The notes below the pieces were generated by a model, which was not told the origin of the DNA, made no database searches, and saw only the letters and a program-made list of their open reading frames with translations. Made by a program: the position numbers and the translations under genes. Positions 14,162 to 28,400 of a stretch of DNA of 64,000 nucleotides are shown piece after piece. The stretch covers positions 9,450,850 through 9,514,849 of the forward strand of contig NC_134029.1 in the NCBI RefSeq assembly GCF_964204645.1. The letters are read 5' to 3'. Source of the stretch: Tubulanus polymorphus. Taxonomy: Eukaryota; Animalia; Nemertea. The stretch's first letter is position 1, and every line of letters begins with the position of its first letter.

Positions 14162-14918
14162 CAGTAGAGTACGCATAAGTTGGATCAGTTGGGACTGTCA
14201 TTTTAGTCCGACTATGAGTATTCCATATTACACGTATTTGAAAAATTTGCTTTGTATTTAAGAAGATACCTGTATGCAATAAAATACATACTTAAATGTG
14301 ATAAACATATACCATATGTTTTCATTTTTGTAGGAATGAAAAGAACATTTTTTGCTTAGACTTATTAATTTACATACAGTGTGACAAAAATCCTAATTCA
14401 AACGATCTGTGTGAGCGTTTGCGCGCGAAACTGCCGGCAAAACTGTCAAACCCACGGGTACTACAGCCAACTCATCTGTACCGGAAGGATGCTTGGCACC
14501 TGTTATTTTGTTCTCTGCTCTAAGCATATTGAATCAGTCGACAACATTGTCGGCCTACTATTGACTTTGCTTTATAGTCCATGGTACTACCGAGCTAATC
14601 GCTTGGCAAAATGAACATGAATCAAATCAGTATAAAGTGACTTGCCTGTTCTACCAACACTAATGATTAACAAAGATATGCTGCCTATGCGTTATTCAGT
14701 TAAGACAGATCTTGAAATTTTGGATCCGAGTTAGATATACAAAAATGTAATACAATTTCTCAATTGGACCGAGACATTCTATCCGAATTGGATTTATGAA
14801 ATCCAACTTAATCGTGCATTTTGTACTATCTTATTCCCAAATGGACTGGGACTTCAGAAATTGACCGACATATGCGTATATCCGAGTAAAGCGTATCCGA
14901 CTTATGCGTACTCTACTG
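14162..14918. mobile_element. Tc1/pogo-like MITE
   Basis: TIR CAGTAGAGTACGCATAAGT(T/C)GGAT; TA at the right flank. Confidence 0.75.
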
Positions 14919-15216
14919 TATCTTTGTAATTTTTTCAATTTTCCTTCAATAATTTTTCTGCAACTGACCCAGATAATCAAGACCTATCATTTTAGCCCAT
15001 TTGTGGACTGAACTAAGTTCAAAGCATTTCGAGCTTATGTAAAAACAACAATATTTCCATAGAATATTAATTAATTATGAGTATTGGACAAACATGTGTA
15101 TGATTACGTACATATTCAGATTTTACGGATACAACATTTGATTTTATGTGCAATACAAAAACATTTGTTCAGATTTGAGACAGTTACACCAACGTTAAAA
15201 CATACGGCACAATCTA

Positions 15217-15679
15217 CAGTGGAACATCATTATTGTAAACTCGAAAGTTGACACATGGGTCCAAGGACACCATGCCCACCTGAAAATGACAAGAAATGTT
15301 CAACAATCTCATAATTTTACACCCCATAGTGAATTTATGATGCAGAAACTTATCACGATAATAATGTCATAAGCAACTACTTTTGCAATTGAATGTGGTT
15401 ACAAAATATGCATACCAACCAATATATAAATGGAATTCTGTTATTCCTATACACAGAAACCAATGACCTAACTCAGCACAATAATACAACAGAGGCTAAA
15501 ACTATGCTTCCATGATAAGCAGCTGAAAAATTATGAAATTTGAAACATTGTCTTATTTTGAAGTGCATGTTTTTAAACCAGGACCTAAAAAAATATGGAT
15601 ACTGTAGCCTTCAAATTTGCGCTCAAATTTGAATGTTGCATTGGTAGCAGTCTATGTTTGTAACAATGACGTTCCACTA
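15217..15679. mobile_element. Tc1/pogo-like MITE containing a HINE fragment
   Basis: TA|CAGTGGAACATCATT ... AATGACGTTCCACTA|TA. Confidence 0.6.
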
Positions 15680-16427
15680 TATAAAATTTATCTCTACACT
15701 AAGATTTGAATACGCCAAAACTGCTTGGTATCTACATACATAGTAATCATCAGAAAATCTCAGGTGAGGCATCATTTTTTGATCGATAATCATTTGCTGA
15801 TTAAGATAAGAATTGTCCATCGATTATGAATTTTGAACGAATAATAATATCAAATATAGCACCATTATATTATTCTACTGTAAGAGACTTGATCACAAAA
15901 GATACTTTTGGTTGATTGTTATAAACTACATATTGCTTTTGTAATTTTGATCGATCACACTTCATAAATAACAGTGAAAAAATTACACAGAAAACCCAGT
16001 AGGTGAATTTGAATCAATTTTCAAGTACAAAAAACATGTTGGACAGTATTATTGTTACGTGACATTTGGTGGCCAAGTCGGTTAGGCAGATGTAATCCAA
16101 CCTCCATATTGTTTTTCACTGTAACCATACAATATGGCACTGGATCGAGACTGTGGATATGTGTTTGTGGAGAGAACATTGATTCAAATACACCGATTTA
16201 ATCCAGACTGTTTGGACTAATGCAATAAATATGGTTTATGTGAAATTCAGACTTAAATCCAAATCTAGAATACATCTATGTATAGGTAGACCATAAATAA
16301 TGTCTGCAATATATCAAAATTCAGATTAAGCCGATTGTTATAATAATATCGATTATAACAATTTTACTGTTATCATTATCATATTTCCTTTTCGTATAAA
16401 TTCTGAACGGAGTGTTGATTGATTGAT

Positions 16428-19400
16428 TCATACCCAGTATTTGCTGTCCTTCAAAACGGGATTCGTTGTCCGCACGTGTTGAAGTAAATCGGGGTCGCAC
16501 GCTTCCCACTCGAACGTAACGTGATCAGTTGGCGACCGATTTGATCGGATGCTGCCGTGACCTATCGGCGTTTTCACCTGCGTCTCCTCCATATCGTAGA
16601 GCGGGGTAACGCGTACCGGCGCTTTGCGTATCGTGTCGCCGTACCCAGTGACTTCGGACGGTGTACGCGATCGTTGCGGTGTCACTGAATACGGCGACGG
16701 ATCGGATGACAAAGAGGGCGGATCATGAGTAACTCTGATTCGCGGAACATCCCGATTGTTATAAGCAGGCGGTGGAAGCGTCAGTGTTCCGGCGCGTGAA
16801 CCGACCTGCGACGATTCTAATGAATTGGGCTGCTCGAACCCGGTTTGCGGTGCTACTTTCTTGTTATCTTGCACGCGTTTTTTGCGCGGCTTGTGAATAC
16901 ATTTTACTAAAATCAGAATGACCGCCGCGATCAACACCAAACCGACAACGAGAAATATAATAAGTAGTTGATCATGCCCTATTCCAAAGCCTTTCACTTC
17001 TTTGATATCTGTAGGTTCGACCGCTGATGGTGATGGCGGCGTGGTCGTACTTATTGAAACAGCTTTCGTCAAATTTGGTTCATCTGGCGGCGGACTGACA
17101 TTTATGACTAACATCTCGATGGCCGGCTGGGCGAATTCCGCATCGATTTTGAAAGCAAATTTGTCCTGTTTTGCGGCCATATTACTCAATGGTTTTGTCT
17201 CATAGAAAATCACATTATTCACTACATCACGGTGCGTGAATGATTTAATCGCGTCGAAATCGTTTGAGTTCGCATCGCGAACCACTCGCTTTCTGCTTCG
17301 AACGATGCGTCCAAGACGCGGCAACTTTAATAACTCGTACGTCGGGTCGCTGCCCGTGAGTTTTGCGAGTTCGCTCGCGTCTAAAACGTCGGTCGTAATC
17401 GGTAAACTTCGTCCGTACGAAGCGTTCATTGCGTTCATTTTTAACAACGGACGCACGGTGATGTTCATGAACTTATTCTCCAACGAGAAGCGTTGGTTGT
17501 AAACGGTCAAGACGAGCGAATCGGACGAGGCTGTCAGATCCGTCTGCACATACAACAACGCGTGTTTATCAACATCAGGCTGCGAGAACTGGTGCACCGG
17601 ATCATCATGAATGAACAGCTTACCGAATTTCGGCAACTTCGTCACGTTGAATTTGATATTTTCACGCTTATCATTGGTAACCGTGTGAATATTATCGGGC
17701 GTTATAAGAACGGCTGATTGGCCTTGCGTGATCACCAAGTTTGACGTTTTCACTTCCAATCGAAGCATCTCGATTTTAAAGTCGAACATTTTGAAAATCG
17801 GCATGACATCGTTGACGGACACTCGAAAATACATATTACCCTTCGGCTTATAACTCAATCCGTTGTGTACGAATACAACTCGATTGTTGTTGATATCTTT
17901 CTGCGTGAACTGACGAATATGCGTGTCTGGGTAGTCGACATAAACAAGATGACCGACGTTTGGCCTGTTCAGAATCGTGTACGATATTTCAGCCGGTGAA
18001 GAATCCTCGTCGCGAACTTCGAGAATCTCTTTCGTAATTATCGCCGATTGACCTTGGATGATTTTCAGCGTCGGAGTTTGGGTGACGAGAATCAACGGTT
18101 GATCGTCGACGGGAAGAATTTCGATCGCGAATGCCGTGCCGTCGTGCGTTTTCAATTTCTCTTTCGCGAGATGAGATTCTTCGCGAGCGCCGACGTGTAC
18201 GATATACTCGAACGTATCGTTCAGCGTGTCGGAGTCGTCGTGTACGTACAACATACGCCCGAGATTGATGTCCTCTTGTAAGAAAACCGTGCCGACCGAC
18301 ACTTCGTGGCCATCGAACATCAAATCTCCGTGTTTCGGCGGATCTTTGATCACGTAACACACGTACGCATTACGACGGCCGCTTTCGTGCAGCTGATCCA
18401 ACAATTTCGTAATATTCAAATTGTCCCGTGTCAGCGTCGCGTTTCCGCCCTCGGGTATGACTAGTTTCGACGTGCCGATCAAATGCGCCTGGTTTTCGCT
18501 GTTCAAACTCTCGTACGAGATATGAATATTAAACTGGATGTGATTCACGCTGTTCGCGTACTCCGTCGATATCTCGAACATGAAACTGTCGATGATCTCC
18601 CATGATGTCGACGGCTCGGTGTGCCAGTATTGTATGATTCCGGCGTCGATTTCGTCCTGTCGAAACGTTTCCGTCGGCTGTTGGTCGCGTAGAATTTGTC
18701 CGAATTCCGGTTTCGACTGCAACGTGAAAATGATCTCGTTCGTCTGGTTGGCATCGTTGGTCTTCGCGAGCAGATGGCCTTTCGTGATCGTTTGTTTCAT
18801 CGTCGGGAAAACTTCCAACTGTTTGTTTTTCTTGAGGATCAATTGCAGTTGTCGAGAAACGATTGAGAATCGATGCCGATTACCGGAATTCACTCCGTCT
18901 GTAACGTGAAACTGAAAACCACCTCGTTTCTCAGATCCTGAAAATATTAATTAAATATCAAAAGTTAATGAGGAGCCACCAACTATCATCCCGCCAGATT
19001 CAACAATAGTACAACTCATTCAAAATGAAGTTCATTTTCATCACTACTATGGCAAGTAAAACACAGTTGACCTAAATACAGGCCTACTTTGATGAACTAA
19101 CCATCAAAGGCCGAAGTTTCAGGGTGGCCATTTAAAATTCCCTCACTTTTTAAAGAAAAGATTATTCCCTGATTTTTCCTTGATTTCCAGGTAAGTGGCC
19201 ACCCTGCTACTTAAAAAAGTAGTCAACTTTGGTAAAGCCGGTCATTTCAGAGGTTAATTTGATTGACTTCTAGTAAGTGCTTTCCAGTTGCTGCTTCGAT
19301 GTTACCTGATCGAATAAGCCAACAGAAATTCAAAGGTAGACTAGAAACCCACTGTTTTACATTCATCAACCGTAAGCACCAAGTAAAACCCTAATCATGC

Positions 19401-22400
19401 CTAGAAAAACTTACCATCGTGTACGAACGCAACCTGTCCCTCATCGATTTGTGCTTGCGTGAATTTAAACACTCGTCTTTCCGGGCTGGTATTCAACGCA
19501 ATATAACCGCCACGTATGGTTGATTTGTGCACTTCGTACGTCAGTTTGCTCGGGCCCGTGTCTTTATCGACGGTTAGCAGATGATGTCGTGTTAGAATCA
19601 TCGTCGAACCGGTCCAGATTTTCAGCTGATCATTAACGACGATTTCGGGATATTCGTCGTTTACCGGCAACACGTCGACGTAAACGGTGTACGGGTAGCT
19701 TTGTTTATGCAACGATCGCGATATCGCGACGATCGTGAAGTGATCCGAAAGCGTTTCGTTGTTGTCGTGCGTGTATTGTATCTGCTTTTTCTCGAGTTGC
19801 GACGACGTGAAACGCGTGATCATTTCGTTTGGCGTTTTCGCATCTTCGATCCACCCGTGCAGTGGCGCGCGAATCACGACGTACGTGATCAGCTCGTCGG
19901 CGACCAACGCGTCCTCGACTCTGATTGCTCTTGAAGACAATCGCAGCGTACCGCCTTCCGTGACTGACGTGTTGCCAACAGTGACAAGAATCGTTTTCGG
20001 GATGATCTCAAACACGAAATCGATGCCCTGCAGAACTTTGATTCCGTTCGTAACGTCGAATGTGAACTGGTCGGTCGTTTCATCAGGAACTCTCTGCGCG
20101 TAAACGAGAAGTCCGCTGTCGATATCCTCTTGCGTGAACGCCATTATACGCTTGATTACTTTCGAGTCGATATTGCCCGCTCGAGGCTGTAAATACAGAT
20201 TGCCGTAGGACGGTTGCACTGTTATTTTATATACGATATTTTCCGGTGGCGTATCTTTGTGCGTAACCGTCAGAATATCCGGGCGCAATTTCGTCACGTC
20301 GCCTTCGCGGACGACGAGTACTTTATTGTGAACGATCGTCGGCGGATGCACGAAATTCTCCGTGTAGACCTTCACCTTCATCGTTTTCGTCACGGCGACA
20401 CTACCGATGCGCACGTCGAAGTCGAAACTGTCGTTCATCAGACCGCGCGGATTGTGCTCGTAGAGAATATCGCCGCGCCGCACGTCGGCCATCGTGAATT
20501 GGCGCACGAATTCGTTGACTTTGATTAGCTGGCCATATCGCGGCAGTTTCGACACGACGAAAAAAACGCGATGATCAATCGCATCGAGGTTCGTTTCGAT
20601 GCTCAAGTTCAGCGCCGATATCACTGCGTATTTGCCCTTTTCGACCATGATTCCCGTGTTGTTGGCAAGGTGTATGAACGGCGGCGACGCACGCACCTCG
20701 AATATCGCTTGCGTGTAAAACTCTGTGTCCGTCACCGAGATTTCCGTACGCGAATACGAAACGCCGCTGTGACTGAAATACAATTTACCCGTCTCGAGAT
20801 CTTGCTGCGTAAAGTGATTTATTCGCGCTGAATGATTTTTCGCCAGCACAATTCGTCCGTTCGCTATTCGGTGTATGTTGTATTGCAATTTCGCGGCGTC
20901 GAAATTAATATCCGGGTCTTTGAAATTGATATCTTTATTCGTTATCACTCTACCTTGGTTCGTTACGACTTGAAAAACGCGATCGACCACTCGAATTGGA
21001 GCGTTATCGTTACGTAACGTGATCTTGATGCGAAACGTATCCATGAATTCAGTGACCTCTTGCTGCGACTCGCCGCGCACCAACATTGCCGTAGCGATGA
21101 AATCGAACGAGTCATCCTCGCTTTCCGAATTGTCGTGGTGATAAAAGATGGCGCCGTCACGGATGTCTCGGTTCGTAAACGACGATGCGTTCGGGTTAAG
21201 GATGCGATTCGTTCGCGGGTCGATGTGCTCGATGACGCCGTGCTGCGGCGACGTTTCCAGCGAGAACTGATAGTTGCGACCGTCCGACGATTCGACGTAC
21301 AGCTCCTCGTGCGTGATGCGACCGCGGCGTCCTTCGAGCACGTTTCGCAATCCGTTATTGACGAAAGTCGTATTTTTGTGGTCAGGTTCGTACGCGAAAT
21401 AGAACGTGATCACGTCCGACTCGACATCATTCGGGCCGACGATCTTAATTCGCATGTCGTCGTCAAACGCGTAGTACGAAACCTGCGACAAACGGTAGAT
21501 TACGATGTCGCGGTCGATGTCACGTTGGGTGAATTGCGAATTCGCGCGAAGGAAGTCCTCCTGGTTTTCTATCGAAGCAGACGGATTTTTCGCCAAGTAC
21601 AAACGTCCGTATCGCGGCGGAGTAATGATTTGATATAAAATCAGATCGGCGTCCGCGTTATCGACTGTCTGAGCGGTCAGGTGATCATTAGTTAGTTTCA
21701 CCTCAATAACGCCGTGTATTTGCAGCTTGTTATTATGCAATATACGAATGCCACCATGTAGATACTCGATGCGAAATACGTATTCCTCGCTGCTTGTGCT
21801 CATGCCACGGACGTAAAATCGAAATTCATCCATTTTAGGATGCGTGTACAAGTCGGTTTGTAAGTACCTAATTTTTCCATTTTTCAAATGTCGTTGAGCG
21901 AACGAATCGGCTCGTTCCCACGTATTTTCTTCGGCATATTTTCGAATCTGAATCTCGCCGAATCGTGGTGCCTTGGTTATGTGATATTTTAAATCAATTT
22001 TACGATTCGGAATGTTCGTTGTGAATGCCAGATTCGCCGCGTCAATAGCCGTCGCTGATCCCGGTTCGTAACTACTCAAGCCGGTATTCTTGACGGGCGT
22101 GATTTCCAAATTCGTGCCAATGATCGTCAACGTCTTCTCCTCGCTCGTGATCTCGCCGTCAGAAACTCGCAGACGCACGCGCTGCTGCCTGCTTCCGAGA
22201 TTCGTGTAAACGATCTGTTGTCGTATGATCTCCTCTTGTGTAAACGACGAAACGGCACTTCCCGAACGCGATAGCTTTTCGAAATACCCACCATTCGTCG
22301 AGCCTTCGTATTCGATCAGCAATTTCAAATTCCGCGGATTGTCGTCGCCGTCGAAAACGTTGATGATCTCGGGCGTTATCGGTTGCTTCGTGAACAATAT

Positions 22401-25400
22401 TACGGTCAACGTCGAATCTTTGACCAGCTCGATGACGGGCCGGTCGTTCTTAGGCATGATCGCGATCGCCAGCGTGAAAAATGGCTTTTCGGCGAACAGT
22501 TTCTGTCCGAGAATCTCAACGGTGAACTGAAAACTGTCGCTGAGAGTTTCCGAACCGTCGTGTGAGTAGTGCACTTTGTTCGCGTTCAGATCGCTCAACG
22601 TGAACACGTTCGGATCGGGTCGCCTCGGCACGTCGACCTCCACGACGCCATGCACCGGCGTCAACACGATTCGGAAAACGATGGCTGACTCGTCGATGTT
22701 GTACAGCCAATATTGAAACACGAAGTTCACATGCGTCGTCGTGATGGAAGTGCGCCCGCTTTCGTTTACGTATAATGGCGTTACGTGCACGATTTCGGTT
22801 GCTGGCTTCTTCGGCGTTTCCGGACGGAAACACATATCCTGGTCGCAGCGACAGTCGTACGAGTTGTATCCCTTCTCGACGCATTCGGCGCCGCTGACGC
22901 ACGGGTTACTGATGCACGGATACTTCCACGCGCAGTTTGGTCGCACGTCCTGCGTGATCAGCGCCTCTTTCAGTCCGACGAGCGCGAAATCGTTGTACCG
23001 TAAATTACGCACGCAGCCGGTAATCGAACCGGTCGCTCGGCCACGAACCGACGAGAGCCGATTTCGAATTCCGTGCAAACGCGCTTTACTACTCAGTCCT
23101 CCCATGAACATATGGCCGCCAAGATCGAGAAACTCTGCACCGTTGAAGTCGGCCCGTAACACCTTATTTATACCATCTATGTTCACCTCCAAGGCATAAT
23201 TACGAACCATGACCGTAATTCGATGCCAAATACCGTCATTCACGTGTAAATCAGACATCAATTCCTGCGCACCCCGGCCTTTATCAATCGATAACTTCAG
23301 CATTCCGTCGTATAGCTCCAATGCCAAGAAGTCGCGTTCGTCCTTTTTACCGTGGTTGTAAACGATCACTCCTCGGTCGCTTCGCGTTTTCAACTCGAAG
23401 AAAAACTGACCGCCTTCGGGCATGTCCATAGTTGGAAACGCGACGAACGATTTATCCGACAGAAAACTGAACGGCTGGTCGGACGTGGCGCTGAATTCAC
23501 CGCTACACTCCCACGAGATGTGGTGCACGTTCAGCGGATTCTGTTGCTGCCGCGCCGCGTAGAACAAGTTCACCGAATTGAAAAGCGCGTAACGCAGACA
23601 GCCGCGAAAATATTGGAATGTACGACCGAGTTGCAGCTCGCGTTCGAACGTGCCGAGGCCGCCGAGAAAAATGCCGTGCAAGACGTTCAACTCGAAGAAT
23701 TGTCCGGGCGCTTTACGCGTTGTCGTGTACTCACCATCGATCGTTAACAACACGTCGGCGTCCAAACGTTGTATCCACAAAAAATGCCAGTTGTTGTCGT
23801 CGAAACGAACGCCGGGTGGCTGCCTCGATACAAGCACCGTCCTACCGGAGCCAAGTTCCAGTTCAACATTGATATCGCCGTCGACAAGCTGGATAATCAA
23901 ATAATCCGTACGCCCCGCCGCCAGTAAAATCAGCCCGTGTGGATGTTGCGTTTTGAACTGGATTTTGATGTTGCTGTTGCTGCTGGCATCTTTAAACGGC
24001 TGACGTATGAAACTATTGCCGTAAAACGAGACTGCAATGAAAGAAATGAAAACAACTATCATATCAATTTCTTCTAAAATATTGATTAACCCCTTCAAAC
24101 AAATACTGATTTGTATACGCAGAACCTCTATCAAATCATACTTGTAAACAATAACAGATCCAAATTAACTCTTTTGTTACGTGGTACACGGTCACCGGTG
24201 ACTTTCGTACCACGGTTTCGATACATGGTACAGGGCCACCGGTGAACCACATTTTCATTGAGAATATTCATAATACCCATATGCTATCTATCGCAAAACG
24301 TTCGAAGTACTTCAGCTACTTCAGCTACGTACAAACAGTCATTTTGAAATATATTTAGTTGATCAATATAAGTTAATACATTTCTCTAATTGTGCATGCC
24401 ACCTTGCTATACTCTAAAACAGCCATAATTTTTTTATCAAAGGAATTTCACCATCAAATTCTCAGATAATGATCAGAACATACTGCAGAATAGTAAGTAT
24501 TTGTTTATCAATTGGTAGGATATCCGAATCTTATTGATATTTTTCTGAAAAACTATATTAATTATGCTAATTAGGTCACGTGACGCACAAAATAAGTATA
24601 TAAATTAATTTTCTATCACCAAAATGTTTGGCCACTACATTGCCCTCTGTGGGTAAAGTACCCCTTTCATAACACTTCATACCCCTTTATACCAGGGGTT
24701 TTAGTAAAATCACCAAAAAAAAATTAGATTTCTAGCTCAATACAGTGGGTGGCTCCCACCGGTAACAGGTAAAAATCGCCCCGGTAAATATCCCCCCTAG
24801 GTAAAAATCCCCCATATTTGATTTCACTCAAATTTTTCAACAAATTTTTCAACACTTTCAACAGCTCTTATGTTTAAAAAAATATAGATTAAAATTGTAT
24901 TGCACTTTATTGCTTTATTTAACTTGATTCCTTCCATTAAATGCACAATACATACGGGTTACCAAATGTTTAATAAATAATAATAACTGTAGAAACAAAA
25001 TACTTACTCTAGGGGTACGAGTCAGTTGATTGAATTCGGTCATTTAAACTAAATTGGCTAATTAGGAGTGGTCACTGTTGAAAATGAATAATTATTCCTT
25101 AAGAATTATCTAGTCACAGAGCCAACTTGTTTGATTTACAGTTATTAACCTCTTTGATTTTATGGGCACTGGAGTGATTACCCCTAAGATAATTTAAGGC
25201 ACTTGAAATAGTTAAACAATAGAAATGACAGAGATGGTGATGTTGAAATTGAGGCATTTCTCCGTGGTGTTGGTCACAATATTCACCTCGGTTAATCTGT
25301 GACATTTAACAAGCTACGAGCATAAAAATGACATTATTATGTGAGTTAGCATATACGACATGCAAGCTACATGCATCAAAAATGACACTATCATAATTTT

Positions 25401-28400
25401 GAAATTTTCTATAAAAACTATGGTTTACAAGTAAAAATGAAATATCTTATGTACTTATGTATTCCTTAATAATGTTGTAAAAAGTTAATTTTTTCTGCTC
25501 TAGTTTTCTAGAAAAGTGGATATAGGGGGATTTTTACCAGGGGGGATTTTTACCTATGGGGGATTTTTACCTGGGGGATTTATGCTACGTGCATAAAAAT
25601 GACATTATTGTGAGTTAGCATATACGACATGCAAGCTACATGCATCAAAAATGACACTATCATAATTTTGAAATTTTCTATAAAAACTATGGTTTAAAAG
25701 TAAAAATAAAATATCTTATGTACTTATGTATGTGGATATAGGGGGATTTTTACCTGGGGGGGATTTTTACCTTGAGGGATTTTTACCAGGGGGGATATTT
25801 ACCGGGGGGGGGTTTTACCTACATTCGCTCCCACCCACTGTACTGAGTACTGTATATGGCCAATACTGAAAGGGTTAATCCTCCCTCGAACAGATTAGGC
25901 CCTGATGCCATTGGGATAGATTGCAGCTGGGGCTTAAGTCTCAAGTGTCCTAAAATTGTTTTTACCCTTGATAGGGGCTAAGGGAATAAGGAACTATAAA
26001 ATATTTGGAATAATCCATCCATCCAGTTGCAAAGGCCATGCTCAAACATAATGCATGGGCACCTTTTAACAGATAAGCATAATGACTTAAAGAAAGTTTT
26101 AGCCATACCAGGTCAAGACCAATCTACAGCTTAATTCTCTTAACTTAGGAGTAACGTTGATACGATATCAAGTCTATATATATAATCATGTTCACTGATT
26201 CATCGTTCCATTTACCAGCTTGTACATTCTGGGATCACCTTCCTCGTGTAGATCAGGGAAGTGTGATGAGATGGAATACGGACGCTATTGTGCAGCTCTT
26301 GCTGAATGTGCGTTGTAATTGCCCTAAAGCCGATAACGGTTCGTAGGCGAGCGCTTTGTTACGTAACGCGCCGATAAGCGATAACCAGCGAGATCGGGAA
26401 TCTCCGTAATAATTCAGATGTTTCCGAATATCGGTTTTTCATCCCATAATAAACTTATATAAAAATTCCTCTGTAAACTGGTTAAACTCAACACCTGATT
26501 TCCCCTCATCAATTTTAGTCGATCAACTTGTATTCACAATTGTCTTAAATTTAAGTGCCCCCTAGTTTGTCTCTTAACTGCTTCTCTTTAATCTGTTTTA
26601 GCGTGTAACTGTTTCTACGTTAATTTTCCTTTAGTTAGTATCATCTCTGATTACTTGAATTAGTCTCTTTGTCTCTGGATTGTATATATCTCTCATAATT
26701 TCTGTAGTATTCATTATTTCTGAAGATGACTATTAGGACATAGACGAAACGTTGAATAAACTACTAACATTTTTGGACTTTTTCGTTATCATTGTGGGAT
26801 TCTCTCTACATCGCTTCAGACGGATATAGTGTTTTATCAATCGTGATATCGGTTCTTTCCGCTGTATTAAAATGGCAACGGTTGTCAACGAAATTATAAA
26901 TGATGACGATTTTGACGATCTATTCTTTGATAGTGACAAATTGGTTCAGATCGATACGGAAATATTACGGGAATCCTCTGGATCAGGATCAACTAATTCG
27001 GCCGATTCTAGTGAGTGTTATTCCTTTTGAATCAATGAAATATCGGAATAGTTTCCACCTAATTGCAGGCACTTTATTCTTTCCTTTTCTTTTTCATATA
27101 GCTACTTCTCAGGCTCAGCTGACCAGAGACTGCGATCTGAACACGAGAAAACACACATACAGGTATTTTTTACATTTATTTTTATAATCAATACAATCCT
27201 TTTAGGTTATAAAATAATAAACGAATACAGAAAATAATATATAAACATAATATAAAAAATCCAGATAAGTACATGTTAGAATAATAATCATTATTATTAT
27301 TTTCGCAGGAACACTATATATTTGGAAAAGGCTATGACTGAAGTGATTAACCATCGAGTATTTAAATTCAGTTCAAATGGAATGGCAGCAGTACATTATG
27401 GAAAATCGATCGATAAAATTTTGACTACAAATACGTCGCCGTCCAGACTTGGAATTAACCAGTGGTTTACAAAAATTCAAGATACATTATGTTCCGCCAT
27501 TCACATAAGCACTGCGAAAGATTTGGATAAAATGTGGGCAAAGTTTCATGTTGTGATAGTCACAGGGACAGTTTTTTTAACGTTTTTGTTCTTACGCCAT
27601 TTTTGTAATTTGACACGACACATATTACAGATATATATCGGGTACTGTTCAGTATCATCATCAAAATCAATGTTGAACAACTCCTTCACATGGCTTTTGA
27701 AATTATTTTTATCGATAGGACGACGATCCGGAGGTTTCGCATTTTTTCCACACAATTGACAAAGATCCATGACTAAAAACAAGAAAAGGTTAATTAAATG
27801 AGATTGCTGATGCTATTTAGGCAACTTGGTTTATATGGGGGACAATAATTTGTAGGCCTAATGTAAGCGTTATTAAGTAACATTATTATGTAGTAAATAC
27901 ACATTTTAAAGATCATACTTCGTGTATATGTTTGTGTCGTAACATAGCAACATGACGTCAGAAACGAAAGCTGCGCGAGTCTGGGCCGAAATATTTGACA
28001 TCTTCAAGGCCCAAATAACGCTAAACCCGGAATCGGAACGAACTGGCAAAAACATATGTTTAACACATAAAAACAGACTTTAATCACAATATAAATACTT
28101 AATGTTCCGATTCCGGGTTTCGGAGATATAGAAGAATAAAAATACATACCTTTTTGGACAAATTTTACGAGAAATTGTTGAATTTCAACCGATTTTCTAA
28201 AGAAAAATATGTGTATACACAGCCACTTCCACGTGGTTCAATGAACTGCAGTGCGCATGCGTAGTATCGATCGCAGAACATTTATGGGGCTAAAACTATT
28301 GCGGGTTGTTCTGCGACCGAATCAAAGTTGATGTTGACTGGTGTTCAGCTGGTAACACACACTCGATAAGCGTAGCTTACTGCTGTTGCGGTAACCTTTG

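Noticed and set aside
17002-23904. Many overlapping or antisense ORFs within CSPG4 exons
   Set aside because: Expected shadows of GC-rich coding sequence; no recognisable motifs.
24032-24134. N-terminus MIEVLRIQ... of the 1577-aa ORF as the real CSPG4 start
   Set aside because: Non-ATG start reading through a pyrimidine tract and acceptor at 24033-24032; the signal-peptide exon at 38845-38734 fits the phase.
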